Source: Candidatus Poseidoniaceae archaeon (lineage in GTDB: Archaea > Thermoplasmatota > Poseidoniia > Poseidoniales > Poseidoniaceae). Taken from it: a stretch of 64,000 nucleotides of DNA. The stretch spans positions 13,089 to 77,088 of the forward strand of contig CAXPMI010000060.1 of the NCBI GenBank assembly GCA_964218365.1. Reading direction: 5' to 3'. Under the pieces are notes generated by a model that saw nothing but the letters and a program-made list of their open reading frames with translations, had not been told where the DNA came from and made no database searches. The position numbers were made by a program, and so were the translations under genes. Of the stretch, positions 27,877 through 36,700 are shown in pieces (the first letter of the stretch is position 1; the number at the start of each line of letters is the position of its first letter).

Positions 27877-28700
27877 TCTTCAACGTCGTCGTCCTCCGCA
27901 GTGTCTTCTTCAAACTCAATGTTTGTATGCATGTTTTCTAGCAACTTCTTGAATTGTTCATCTTCTCCGTATCCTAATGTCTCCGAGTCATTGAATACCA
28001 TGTCCTTGAGCATAGAAAATTCATCTGGACTGATGCTAATATTTGTGAATGAACCAAGAAGGTCATCCATAATCAAACTCTCAATACGATTCAAGTGCTC
28101 AGCAAGTGTTGCTCTTGCTATGGATAACTCCTCTGCCATTTCAGAAATTTTAACTCCCTTGTTTATGTCATACCAACCCTTGTCGTATGCGAATTTCGCT
28201 AGCCTCAGTTGTTTTGCATTGAGTGGGCCAGAGTCTTGTATTGTTTTAAGGTCCAAACTACGTGCGGAAATACGGTCAGGTTTTGCCATTAATCTAGCCA
28301 TTGCAGCAACCAATCTCAACCTTACATTACCTCCTTGGATGACGTATGTGAGTCCTTCACCATCTAACCTACAACCAGGAACAGCAGTAGTACCTCCTGT
28401 TCGAGCGTTCAAATTCGATAGAGGGTGAGTGATTTTTATGTTAATTACGTAACTCTCATCACTCGATTCGGGTGTGTGATGAACATCTATTAACTGCAAG
28501 AAGTACAAACTGTTCAAATCCTCAGGTTTTTTCCCGGGTTTGAACGATGCCTTGAGTAAGATTCGTATGTCTCTCGGTGTCCTTTTTATGTATGCTAGAA
28601 ATTCTAACTGACTTACAATCTCAAGGATTGGAGCGATGTCAGTCTCCATTATGCGAGGTTTACTCCAGAAGAGAGTGATTTCCCGCATGTTTGAAGACAA
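27873..28700 (-). CDS. HTH_10 (Bat-type) DNA-binding regulator
   Basis: C-terminal LNAKQLRLAKFAYDKGWYDINKGVKISEMAEELSIARATLAEHLNRIESLI is the bacterio-opsin-activator-type HTH. Acidic tail. Confidence 0.7.
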   Translation of the reverse strand: MSSNMREITLFWSKPRIMETDIAPILEIVSQLEFLAYIKRTPRDIRILLKASFKPGKKPEDLNSLYFLQLIDVHHTPESSDESYVINIKITHPLSNLNARTGGTTAVPGCRLDGEGLTYVIQGGNVRLRLVAAMARLMAKPDRISARSLDLKTIQDSGPLNAKQLRLAKFAYDKGWYDINKGVKISEMAEELSIARATLAEHLNRIESLIMDDLLGSFTNISISPDEFSMLKDMVFNDSETLGYGEDEQFKKLLENMHTNIEFEEDTAEDDDVEE

Positions 28701-28729
28701 TAAAGTATCACATTTTACTTCTCCTATTG

Positions 28730-29419
28730 TTATCTTCCCTTATTTGTAACGACCATCATGCCTAGAACAGCGCCTGCTAAACCACCCAAAATTGTGAGTA
28801 TTATTTGTTCCGGAGCTAATGAATAAAATGCAACGCTGCCCGCTACAGCAAGCGGTGGACAAAGCATCATCATCCTTGTGATAATGACAGACCTGTCAAT
28901 GATTTGTTCTGGTGTTACGGTCAAAGATTTGGTTCTCCTTTGGATTCTATTTTGCCCGACCTTTTCTTCTAAAATTGGTAGAACTTTGTCCCGAAGTGAT
29001 GGATCACTTTTTGAGAATCTGAATGTAATCTTGCAGTCACTAGCAATTTTGAGTGCTTTCTCGATAATTATCAACGGATTAGATGCATGTGATAGAGATA
29101 CAGAAGCACCCATGCCTTCACCTCTGACATGTGATAATGATCTCCAGCCACCAACCCCTTCATTGAACTCAGTAAGTCCTTCTCTTAGATTATTTACAGT
29201 TGCATCAGTCTCTGCTAAGCCTCGTTTTCTACCACCTGCTAATATCGGTGTAAGAATAATTGAGCAAAGAACGATTGTTGCTCCCCAAAGGAATGCTGCA
29301 GTTTTGAGCCCATCAGTGCCAAGCACCATCGCTATTGCTACGGCAAGCATGAATCCTGAATATAATCCAAGTACTACTGCTGCAGAGAGGGCCCTTCTGA
29401 ATCCGACCTTCTCCTCCAT
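28730..29419 (-). CDS. Membrane protein (hypothetical)
   Basis: Hydrophobic helices at both ends with a soluble middle. The opposite-strand 193-aa ORF is Ser/Pro-rich and judged antisense noise. Confidence 0.5.
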   Translation of the reverse strand: MEEKVGFRRALSAAVVLGLYSGFMLAVAIAMVLGTDGLKTAAFLWGATIVLCSIILTPILAGGRKRGLAETDATVNNLREGLTEFNEGVGGWRSLSHVRGEGMGASVSLSHASNPLIIIEKALKIASDCKITFRFSKSDPSLRDKVLPILEEKVGQNRIQRRTKSLTVTPEQIIDRSVIITRMMMLCPPLAVAGSVAFYSLAPEQIILTILGGLAGAVLGMMVVTNKGR

Positions 29420-29465
29420 GGTGGTTCCAAAACGAGAGAGGAGAAAACATATGCCCTAGAACATC

Positions 29466-30230
29466 TTGGCGAATGTTATGCAAAAGAACGGTTTGGACAG
29501 TCGTTCGAGAGAGAAAAAAGTTGGATTGTGGATCGGTGGAATCTCTACATTTCTTCTCATCTCTTTTTTCTTAGTTCCTTTCTACCTCCCTGAAGGAAGT
29601 GTTCCAAAATTATCGGGAAGGGCAAATGCATTCGATTATCACTCAGAAGATGGTTGGGGCAATTTACAAACTACTGGGAATGGAGATGTCGGGCACAATC
29701 AATCAAAGTATGGTGAATTCGTTTGGAGTGATTTGGACCCCTATGCAGCTTTCATTTACGGCTTTGGAGATTTAAATTGCCACACTAAAGCAGAAAGATC
29801 TTGGGAAATAAATGGTAACCAGATGCCTGTTTGTGTTAGAGACGTTGGAATTTTCCTCGGAATCGCAATAGGCGGTTTCCTGTTCTCTAGGAAGGGTTTC
29901 AATCGGTGGACAATTCGTGATACATTCTTGTCGTTGTTACCGGATAAATCTCTGGAGTCGGTTTACAAGAGAGACAAAAGGATGTTTGCGATGCTTGTAA
30001 TTGCAGGAGTTGCTGCGATTCCAATGGCTATAGACGGCTTCACTCAGATGCTAACTTCGTACGAATCGACTGCTACAATGAGGATGTTAACAGGTACTCC
30101 ATTTGGTGCACTTATTGGCGTATTCATGGCAGCATCTTTCTCAGCAAGGCCAGCATTATTCGGACTGAATCCATCGAGTGTTTTGTTACCTTCAGGAAGT
30201 AGGTTTAGTATGAAATCTGAAGAAGAATAA
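29466..30230 (+). CDS. DUF2085-like membrane protein
   Basis: GDLNCHTKAERSW...MPVCVRDVGIFLGIAIG fits the DUF2085 Cys/His pattern as I remember it. Several TM helices. TTG 29466 or ATG 29478. Confidence 0.5.
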   Translation: MANVMQKNGLDSRSREKKVGLWIGGISTFLLISFFLVPFYLPEGSVPKLSGRANAFDYHSEDGWGNLQTTGNGDVGHNQSKYGEFVWSDLDPYAAFIYGFGDLNCHTKAERSWEINGNQMPVCVRDVGIFLGIAIGGFLFSRKGFNRWTIRDTFLSLLPDKSLESVYKRDKRMFAMLVIAGVAAIPMAIDGFTQMLTSYESTATMRMLTGTPFGALIGVFMAASFSARPALFGLNPSSVLLPSGSRFSMKSEEE

Positions 30231-31583
30231 TCATTTTGGGGGTTCAGTAGCCCACCAGACCAACAATTCGTTCTCATTTTTCGGTACAGGGCATTCCGCA
30301 TGACCACTAGAGATTAATTCCAGTCTTTTCACAACATCACTTACTGCTTTCCGAATACTCAATGGGACTTTCCTCGTCTCGTTATCTGTGATTATTTCCT
30401 CTAGGGCACCTCTCCAATCTGAATCCTGGTTTGATCTTCTCCAACTGGATAAAGCGGCCCTCAGAGGCCACATTGCAAGGCAAAGTCTGCCATATCCAAG
30501 CCTACTTTTTCTCAATTTGAACAACTGAGCTTCCGCAAATGGGACATGGTTCTGTTGTCTATGAATCCACCTCTCCTGTTCGAGCCATTTTACGAGTCGT
30601 TGAGTATGTCTTTTTGTCACAGATCTAACCGGTCCTAATTGCTTGTGAAGACTCGGGACATCCGTTGTATCTGTTAGAGAAAGTGTACCTAATATCGCCC
30701 ATGAGGAATGAGCGATTGGCCTTGCTGGAACATCTGATTCTTTGGCCCTTTTTTCATCCCACTCCTGTTCAGCAATTTCCATCCATTTTGCTGGAGATTT
30801 TCCATCCAGCCAATCCTCTAACAAGGATGCGTGCTGAACCGGTGCTCCTGGTAGTCTTCGCTGGGTTTGAACTCCTGCGGTTAAAGAGCGTAAAAGGTGC
30901 CTATCTACTTCATCTCTGCTTACATTCAAAGGGTCAGGCCTTTTGTTGAAAAAAGTGCTAAGCACTTGTGAAAGTTGTTTCTCCAATTCATCCAAGCCGC
31001 TTTCATTCAAGACAGGCCCCATAATGCAACACTTACTGAAGGGTTGAGGGGTTGGAATTTCACCAGACAATATGCCACTAAATCCGGCTCTAATTTTTGT
31101 TTGAATTTCTGTGGTTTCAAAGTATTCATGCTTCTCTCCGGCCATACGTAAAGTGCCCGAATTTATCCGCTTCATGGCTTTACTAGGGTCGCAGTCAATC
31201 CAAATTACTAGGTCGGGAATCATAGCAGCAGAGTTCATTTCTGCGACTTGTTCAAGTCCCAAATCTCCTACTACTCCTTGGTATACCAGGCTTGAATGAA
31301 TATTCCTATCCGAGATAACCAAATCTCCTTTCAATAATCTTGGTCTTATCCAAGTGTGTGAATGGTCAACTCTATCGGCAGCAAATAAACCTGCTTCTTC
31401 AAGTGGTGTATGGTCACCCTTACTTACTGCACTAAGTGCTATTTTTCCCAATTTACTGTGCCTTCTTGGCTCGTGAGTCACATGGACTTTTGGGAATGCT
31501 AGTCTATTTGCTAAGTTTGCAAGTATTCTAACGGCTTCACCCTTACCTGAGCCATCACCGCCTTCGACGGTTATGAGGTACAT
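30231..31583 (-). CDS. tmk: Thymidylate kinase-like domain fused to a 235-aa Trp/Arg-rich domain of unknown function
   Basis: MYLITVEGGDGSGKGE P-loop, SDRNIHSSLVYQG (DRY/YQ motif), LVIWIDCDP. Residues from about 216 to 450 have no motif I recognise. Confidence 0.65.
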   Translation of the reverse strand: MYLITVEGGDGSGKGEAVRILANLANRLAFPKVHVTHEPRRHSKLGKIALSAVSKGDHTPLEEAGLFAADRVDHSHTWIRPRLLKGDLVISDRNIHSSLVYQGVVGDLGLEQVAEMNSAAMIPDLVIWIDCDPSKAMKRINSGTLRMAGEKHEYFETTEIQTKIRAGFSGILSGEIPTPQPFSKCCIMGPVLNESGLDELEKQLSQVLSTFFNKRPDPLNVSRDEVDRHLLRSLTAGVQTQRRLPGAPVQHASLLEDWLDGKSPAKWMEIAEQEWDEKRAKESDVPARPIAHSSWAILGTLSLTDTTDVPSLHKQLGPVRSVTKRHTQRLVKWLEQERWIHRQQNHVPFAEAQLFKLRKSRLGYGRLCLAMWPLRAALSSWRRSNQDSDWRGALEEIITDNETRKVPLSIRKAVSDVVKRLELISSGHAECPVPKNENELLVWWATEPPK

Positions 31584-32411
31584 TCAGAATACCTCCTCTA
31601 CCTTTTGGTCCTCGAAATCATCTTTGTCTAGCATGATAAAAATCATGCCCAGCAGGATTAGAGCTGGCCCGAATATGATCAAACCTCGACTGAATAGGCC
31701 TACCCAACAGAATGCTTGAGTTCTTCTGTAACGTTTTTTCCTCTTGATTTCAAAAGAAGCGTGGACTCCAACCAGGGCACAAGCAATAGTGAAAACACCC
31801 TCAAATGTAGCTAGTGCTACGGCGTTTTCCATTGACCACCCTTCTGTTGCGGACAACTCATCCTTCGTCCTCTCTCCATCCCCAACGACCATTGTAATTG
31901 GTGAAATTCCAATAGGTTCTGGTTTGAATGATAATATTACAGTTTGATATCCTGGTTTAGATACATGTAATTCGTATTCTTTGACTAATACTGAGTCTAT
32001 GACATACCTTCCATATTCATCAGAAATACTGCTCTTCAATGCTGAATTTGATTCCGGGTCAACCAATTCAATCGAAACATTGGCAACTGGTTCTCCATCC
32101 TCGTCCAAAACGAAGCCATGTACGTCGAGTGAGTCCGTCGTTTTGAATATTGAAGAATTGAGTAGACCAGATGGGTTTCCTTGAAGAATCAATGCACCTG
32201 AAATAACTCCCATCAAAGCCCCAATCATGACTAATGCAGATGCGATGCGTCGCCTCCTTTCACCTTCTGACATAACCTCAGTTTCGAAATCAACAAATCC
32301 AGATTCTTCCGACTTTTGGATTTGAACAACGATTTCGTCGTCTGCTTTCCTTTTGCGCTTGTTGGATGCTATCCGTGAATCGAGGAGTTTCGAACGGACT
32401 CTTTGGCGCAA
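31584..32411 (-). CDS. Membrane protein with a carboxypeptidase-regulatory-like beta-sandwich domain
   Basis: VHGFVLDEDGEPVANVSIELVD...DEYGRYVIDSVLVKEYELHVSKPGYQT flanked by TM helices. The stop is followed directly by the tmk ATG. Start is unclear (TTG 32411, ATG 32273, or a non-canonical ATT). Confidence 0.55.
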   Translation of the reverse strand: MRQRVRSKLLDSRIASNKRKRKADDEIVVQIQKSEESGFVDFETEVMSEGERRRRIASALVMIGALMGVISGALILQGNPSGLLNSSIFKTTDSLDVHGFVLDEDGEPVANVSIELVDPESNSALKSSISDEYGRYVIDSVLVKEYELHVSKPGYQTVILSFKPEPIGISPITMVVGDGERTKDELSATEGWSMENAVALATFEGVFTIACALVGVHASFEIKRKKRYRRTQAFCWVGLFSRGLIIFGPALILLGMIFIMLDKDDFEDQKVEEVF

Positions 32412-32486
32412 TGCTGCAAGCCGATTTTCTTTATCTTGGCTAATAATTGCACCTCCCGTTGAAACATCCGATGTCGTGCGCGGATT

Positions 32487-33683
32487 TCACCCCTCCCCTT
32501 TGTTATCCGCGAATATTATCCACAGCAAATTTGCACAAACGAGGCTTATACAAAGTGCGAGAATAATGCCCGTGGCCAAATCATCGTAATCTTGGGAGCC
32601 GATTACTGAGTCATCATTTTGCTCTTCACAGCCGTTGGATTCTGAGCCAAACTCAAGCGGGCATTCATCAACTTCATCTGGTATTCCGTCCATATCTGTG
32701 TCCAATTCAGGAGTCGTAGTTGTTCTTGCGTTTATCCATGCTTCAGTTTTCAGACCGTATTCAAGGATGTATCCTACAGTCTCAAGAGATTCAGCACTTA
32801 CCTTGTCTATTGTGTCATTGTGGGTGTGCCAATGGCCACCCAGATAGTTAGCACCTTCTCCAAATCTTGTGTCAATAATGTCAATCGCAGGAATACCAAG
32901 GTTGTGTGCAGGAACATGGTCATCGTAAATACCGTCGACCATGTCGAAGTTGTAGTATGATGAATCTTTGAGGTCGCAAACATCATCCAAGTTTGTAATT
33001 ATTTGTTCAGTTCTATTCCAGAGTGTTGTGTTACCGGGGTTTGTCTTCCGTAAAGTCAAGTCGGAATCTCCAACCATATCAACTAGTACAAATGACTCGA
33101 TGCTGTCAGCATCCTCTTGACTTAAATTTTCAGCCCATGCTTTGGCTCCCAATACGTAAGTTGAATGGTTATCTCCTTGATCTTCACCGTCGGTAAAGAA
33201 AAGAGTAACCTCGTGTGTAAGGTTCATTTCTGGAATTATTCTTGCAAGTTCTAATAACACTGCAACTCCGCTAGCACCATCGTTTGCACCATCAATAGGC
33301 TCATTTCTTCTACTTTCATTCCAATCTTGGTCGGCTTTATGCCTAGTGTCATAATGCGCTGCAAACACTACTGTTGAACCTTGACCTTTATTCCAAGTTG
33401 CAAATAAATTGGTCAGGGTATATCCATTGGAATGATGGGTGGATTCGGTTATGTGCCATCCTGTGAGATTAGATTTTATTGATTCTCTTAGGGCAGAACT
33501 TGCTGCAGAACCCGGTATCCTTGGTCCCAAGTCAACTTGGTAATGAACCGATTGATTCGCGTTTTCTCCGTTGAATGAAAGTACACATTCATCCAAGATT
33601 TGCTCTGTTTCTTCTCCAGAGGCAACAATCGTAGTCTGAAAGGCAAACAGAAGCACCAAAAGTCCAGCAATCACCTTTCGCAT
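32487..33683 (-). CDS. Secreted, membrane-anchored M28-family metallopeptidase with a TSP3-like calcium motif
   Basis: Signal-like N-terminus, VVFAAHYDT, DGASGVAVLLELAR, FFTDGEDQG, then DTDMDGIPDEVDECP and a C-terminal TM helix. Confidence 0.75.
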   Translation of the reverse strand: MRKVIAGLLVLLFAFQTTIVASGEETEQILDECVLSFNGENANQSVHYQVDLGPRIPGSAASSALRESIKSNLTGWHITESTHHSNGYTLTNLFATWNKGQGSTVVFAAHYDTRHKADQDWNESRRNEPIDGANDGASGVAVLLELARIIPEMNLTHEVTLFFTDGEDQGDNHSTYVLGAKAWAENLSQEDADSIESFVLVDMVGDSDLTLRKTNPGNTTLWNRTEQIITNLDDVCDLKDSSYYNFDMVDGIYDDHVPAHNLGIPAIDIIDTRFGEGANYLGGHWHTHNDTIDKVSAESLETVGYILEYGLKTEAWINARTTTTPELDTDMDGIPDEVDECPLEFGSESNGCEEQNDDSVIGSQDYDDLATGIILALCISLVCANLLWIIFADNKGEG

Positions 33684-33772
33684 TGATGATGCTATGTTCG
33701 CTGAGTATTAAATACCTCATTTGAAGTGGGCAATTTGGAATGCAGTAATGCGATTCTCTGGAGGCCCTGTAA

Positions 33773-36700
33773 ATGTCTGAACATTGCTCTAATCGCGCTC
33801 TCTCAATACTGCTTGTTTTCCTTGTTTCTATAGCCTCTCCATTGGCCTCTGCAGAGCCACAAGAGACTGTGCCAAATCAAGTGATCGAGTTCACTCCTGT
33901 ATTCGCCGATATCGATGATTTTGAACCACTAGACTCACATCCATACATGTTGCCAGAGAGCGATGAATTACTTTACAGCGCCACTCGAATGATGAAAAAC
34001 GAGTGGATTTCTCAAGGATTCCCAGGAGTCGATATTGCAACCTCTCCCCAATCTATGACAAGCGGTAGAGCATGCACACCGTATAATGAAGGTGATAGTG
34101 CCACAGTCCCTACCTCCGGTGGATCTATCGATGTGACAGTCGAGAAAACAACCTCCACTGCCGCATTTATGGTTCAGAGTGGTAGAACACTGTCTTCAAC
34201 GGTTCTAAACAACTGGGCTAGTACGTGGGACACAACAGTCTATCCAACTTTGATGACATACTTTGGAAAAGACTATTTCGATGGGAGGGGAATCGCAGCT
34301 CCTGATGTGGACAACAATTGTCAGATTGAAGTTGTGATTTATGCAATCGATGGCGCTTACAACATCGGGGGATATTTCGCACCTGGGATGTCTGCATCCC
34401 GTGAGGCAATCTTCATCGACATTGATGACGCACCTCTGTCTTGGTCCAGAGTTATCTTAGCTCACGAACTTCAACACTTGATGCACAATGCCTTAGACCC
34501 TTACGAGAATCTATGGATTGATGAAGGAGCAGCTGATATGGCTGCGTTCCTCTGCTTTGGCGGCTCATCTACACTTTATGGCCACGTAAACGCATGGACA
34601 TCCGCTAGCGAACTTTCAGTCCGATGGTGGAATCAAAGACCCGCTGATTATGGTGGTGGATTCATTTTCCTTCTGTATTTAGCTGATCACCTTGGAGGCG
34701 GTCCCGCAATTCGTAACCTAGTTCAGGATTCATCCACCGGTGCTACTGGTATTGAAGACCTTGCTAGGAACCCGGTAGATGCGACTCCGGGAGTTATTGG
34801 GAGAGATTTCATCGACATTTGGACTAATTTCACCATTGCTGCAACATTGGATAGCGACCAAGGAGTGTATGGTATGTCCAACCTTTTCCTATCCTCTGCC
34901 TGTGGTTCTAGCGAGTTCTGTAAGATACAACCTGCCGATACTAATAGTGATTGGTTGGGTCCCTGGTCTTCAACAGGGAACGCAATAGAAGGATGGGGCG
35001 TGCGTGTGTTCAAGTTCACCCCCGGCTCAGCAGCACCAGCGCCCCTTACAATGAGATTCACTGGTGACGTACCAGGAATGGATGGTGTGATAATGAGCAG
35101 GGCCGCTGCTGACGGAATTTACACACGGAGTGATATCAATTTCAATGGGGCGGTTGGTACTGCTTTAGTCCCCGGATTTGGAAACATAACCGATGAAATA
35201 TACGCAATAACTTGGTATGCCTCAAACCAAGGTGATTGTGATTACACATCTTGTGGTAGCTCCTATCCAACCGGAACAATAGATGTAGAGGCAGCAAGGA
35301 TTACTTCTCCTGCCACGATCAGTCTTAATTCAACAGTTCTAACAGATCGAGATGGTGATACCAATATTGACACAGCGGAAATAGAATTCAATATCTTGTC
35401 AAATGCGTTTTTCGAGGATTTGGATGTTGAAATTCAAGTGAAAAACGCATCAGGCGTGGTTATCGACACCATGGAGACTAGAGTACAAGCCGGTGGTGGA
35501 GTAAACGTTCCCACAAAATTCTGGTATACTGCAAAGTCGACAGAAATTCACTCATTCCACTTGACAATGTCCGATATGCTAGGGGATGTTATTGACACTG
35601 TCCAAACAGGTGCTCAGTTCTTGGACAACATGATGCCAGTGTCAAATTCAACAATCACTCCGACAGAAGTTCAGACATGGGACAATATTCTCTTCGTTGG
35701 AGACGGTTTTGATGCATGGGGCTTGTCTCTCGCTAACAATACGCTCCCCTACATGGACGAACCTGTTGCATATGCATGGACATTCGACGACGGGAACTCA
35801 TCGTCTCTTAAGAGCCCTGTGAGACCATATCTTGAGGTTGGTCAATACAACGTATCTCTAAGAATAATGGACCAGGGTGGTACTTGGTCTGATGCAGATG
35901 TAAAAACAATCAACGTTTCAGATGATTCAGCACCTATTCCAGTAATTTCAATGAATGGTATGGTTCTAACAGACAATCTCTCGATTTTGACCGGACAGAT
36001 TATCCAATTCAGTGCGGAAAGAACCACTGATAATGTTCCGGTCAACCACCTTGAATTTACATGGGACTGGGGAGATGGCAATCTAGAAGGTGGAAAAGGT
36101 ATAACTCGTGCATATCACATGTGGGAGGATGGTTTGACCGCTGTAACTTCCTATAACCTCACGCTAACTGTAAGCGATGGTGTTAACTCTGCTTCTGAAA
36201 CTATAGAAATAATTGTGAATAACCGTGCACCTGGACAGGTTTTCACCGACATAGTTGTCACAGAAACATTCACAGCCACGATGCTACCTGACATATTCGA
36301 AGATGTTGACGGAGAAATTGTTGCTTGGAATTGGGCGTTTGAAGAAGCAGTAAACCTTGAGGGAGGAATAATCGACAGAACCGATCTATTCGTTGATTTA
36401 CTGTCAACAGAACAGAATCCTATGGTCGCTTGGTCTACTCCCGGAATTAAGGATGTGAACATCACAGTCACAGACAATGATGGGGCACAGTCAGTTTCAC
36501 AACTCAGAGTTCAAGTTCTAAATCAGCTACCTGTCGCACAATTCGAGGTCAGAGACTCCAGTTCAGCAGGCAGTCCAGTGGTAGATTTCAGAATCGAAGA
36601 TGCGAAAATGGATGTGCCATATACCTTCAACGGCAGAGATAGCTATGATCCAGATGGGTTGGTTGGAGATTCAACCGATTTGATATTTATGTGGAAATTC

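Noticed and set aside
28878-29459. 193-aa plus-strand ORF opposite the 229-aa membrane protein gene.
   Set aside because: The composition is Ser/Pro-rich and non-protein-like. The minus-strand product has clean TM helices and sits in operon register with the HTH_10 gene.
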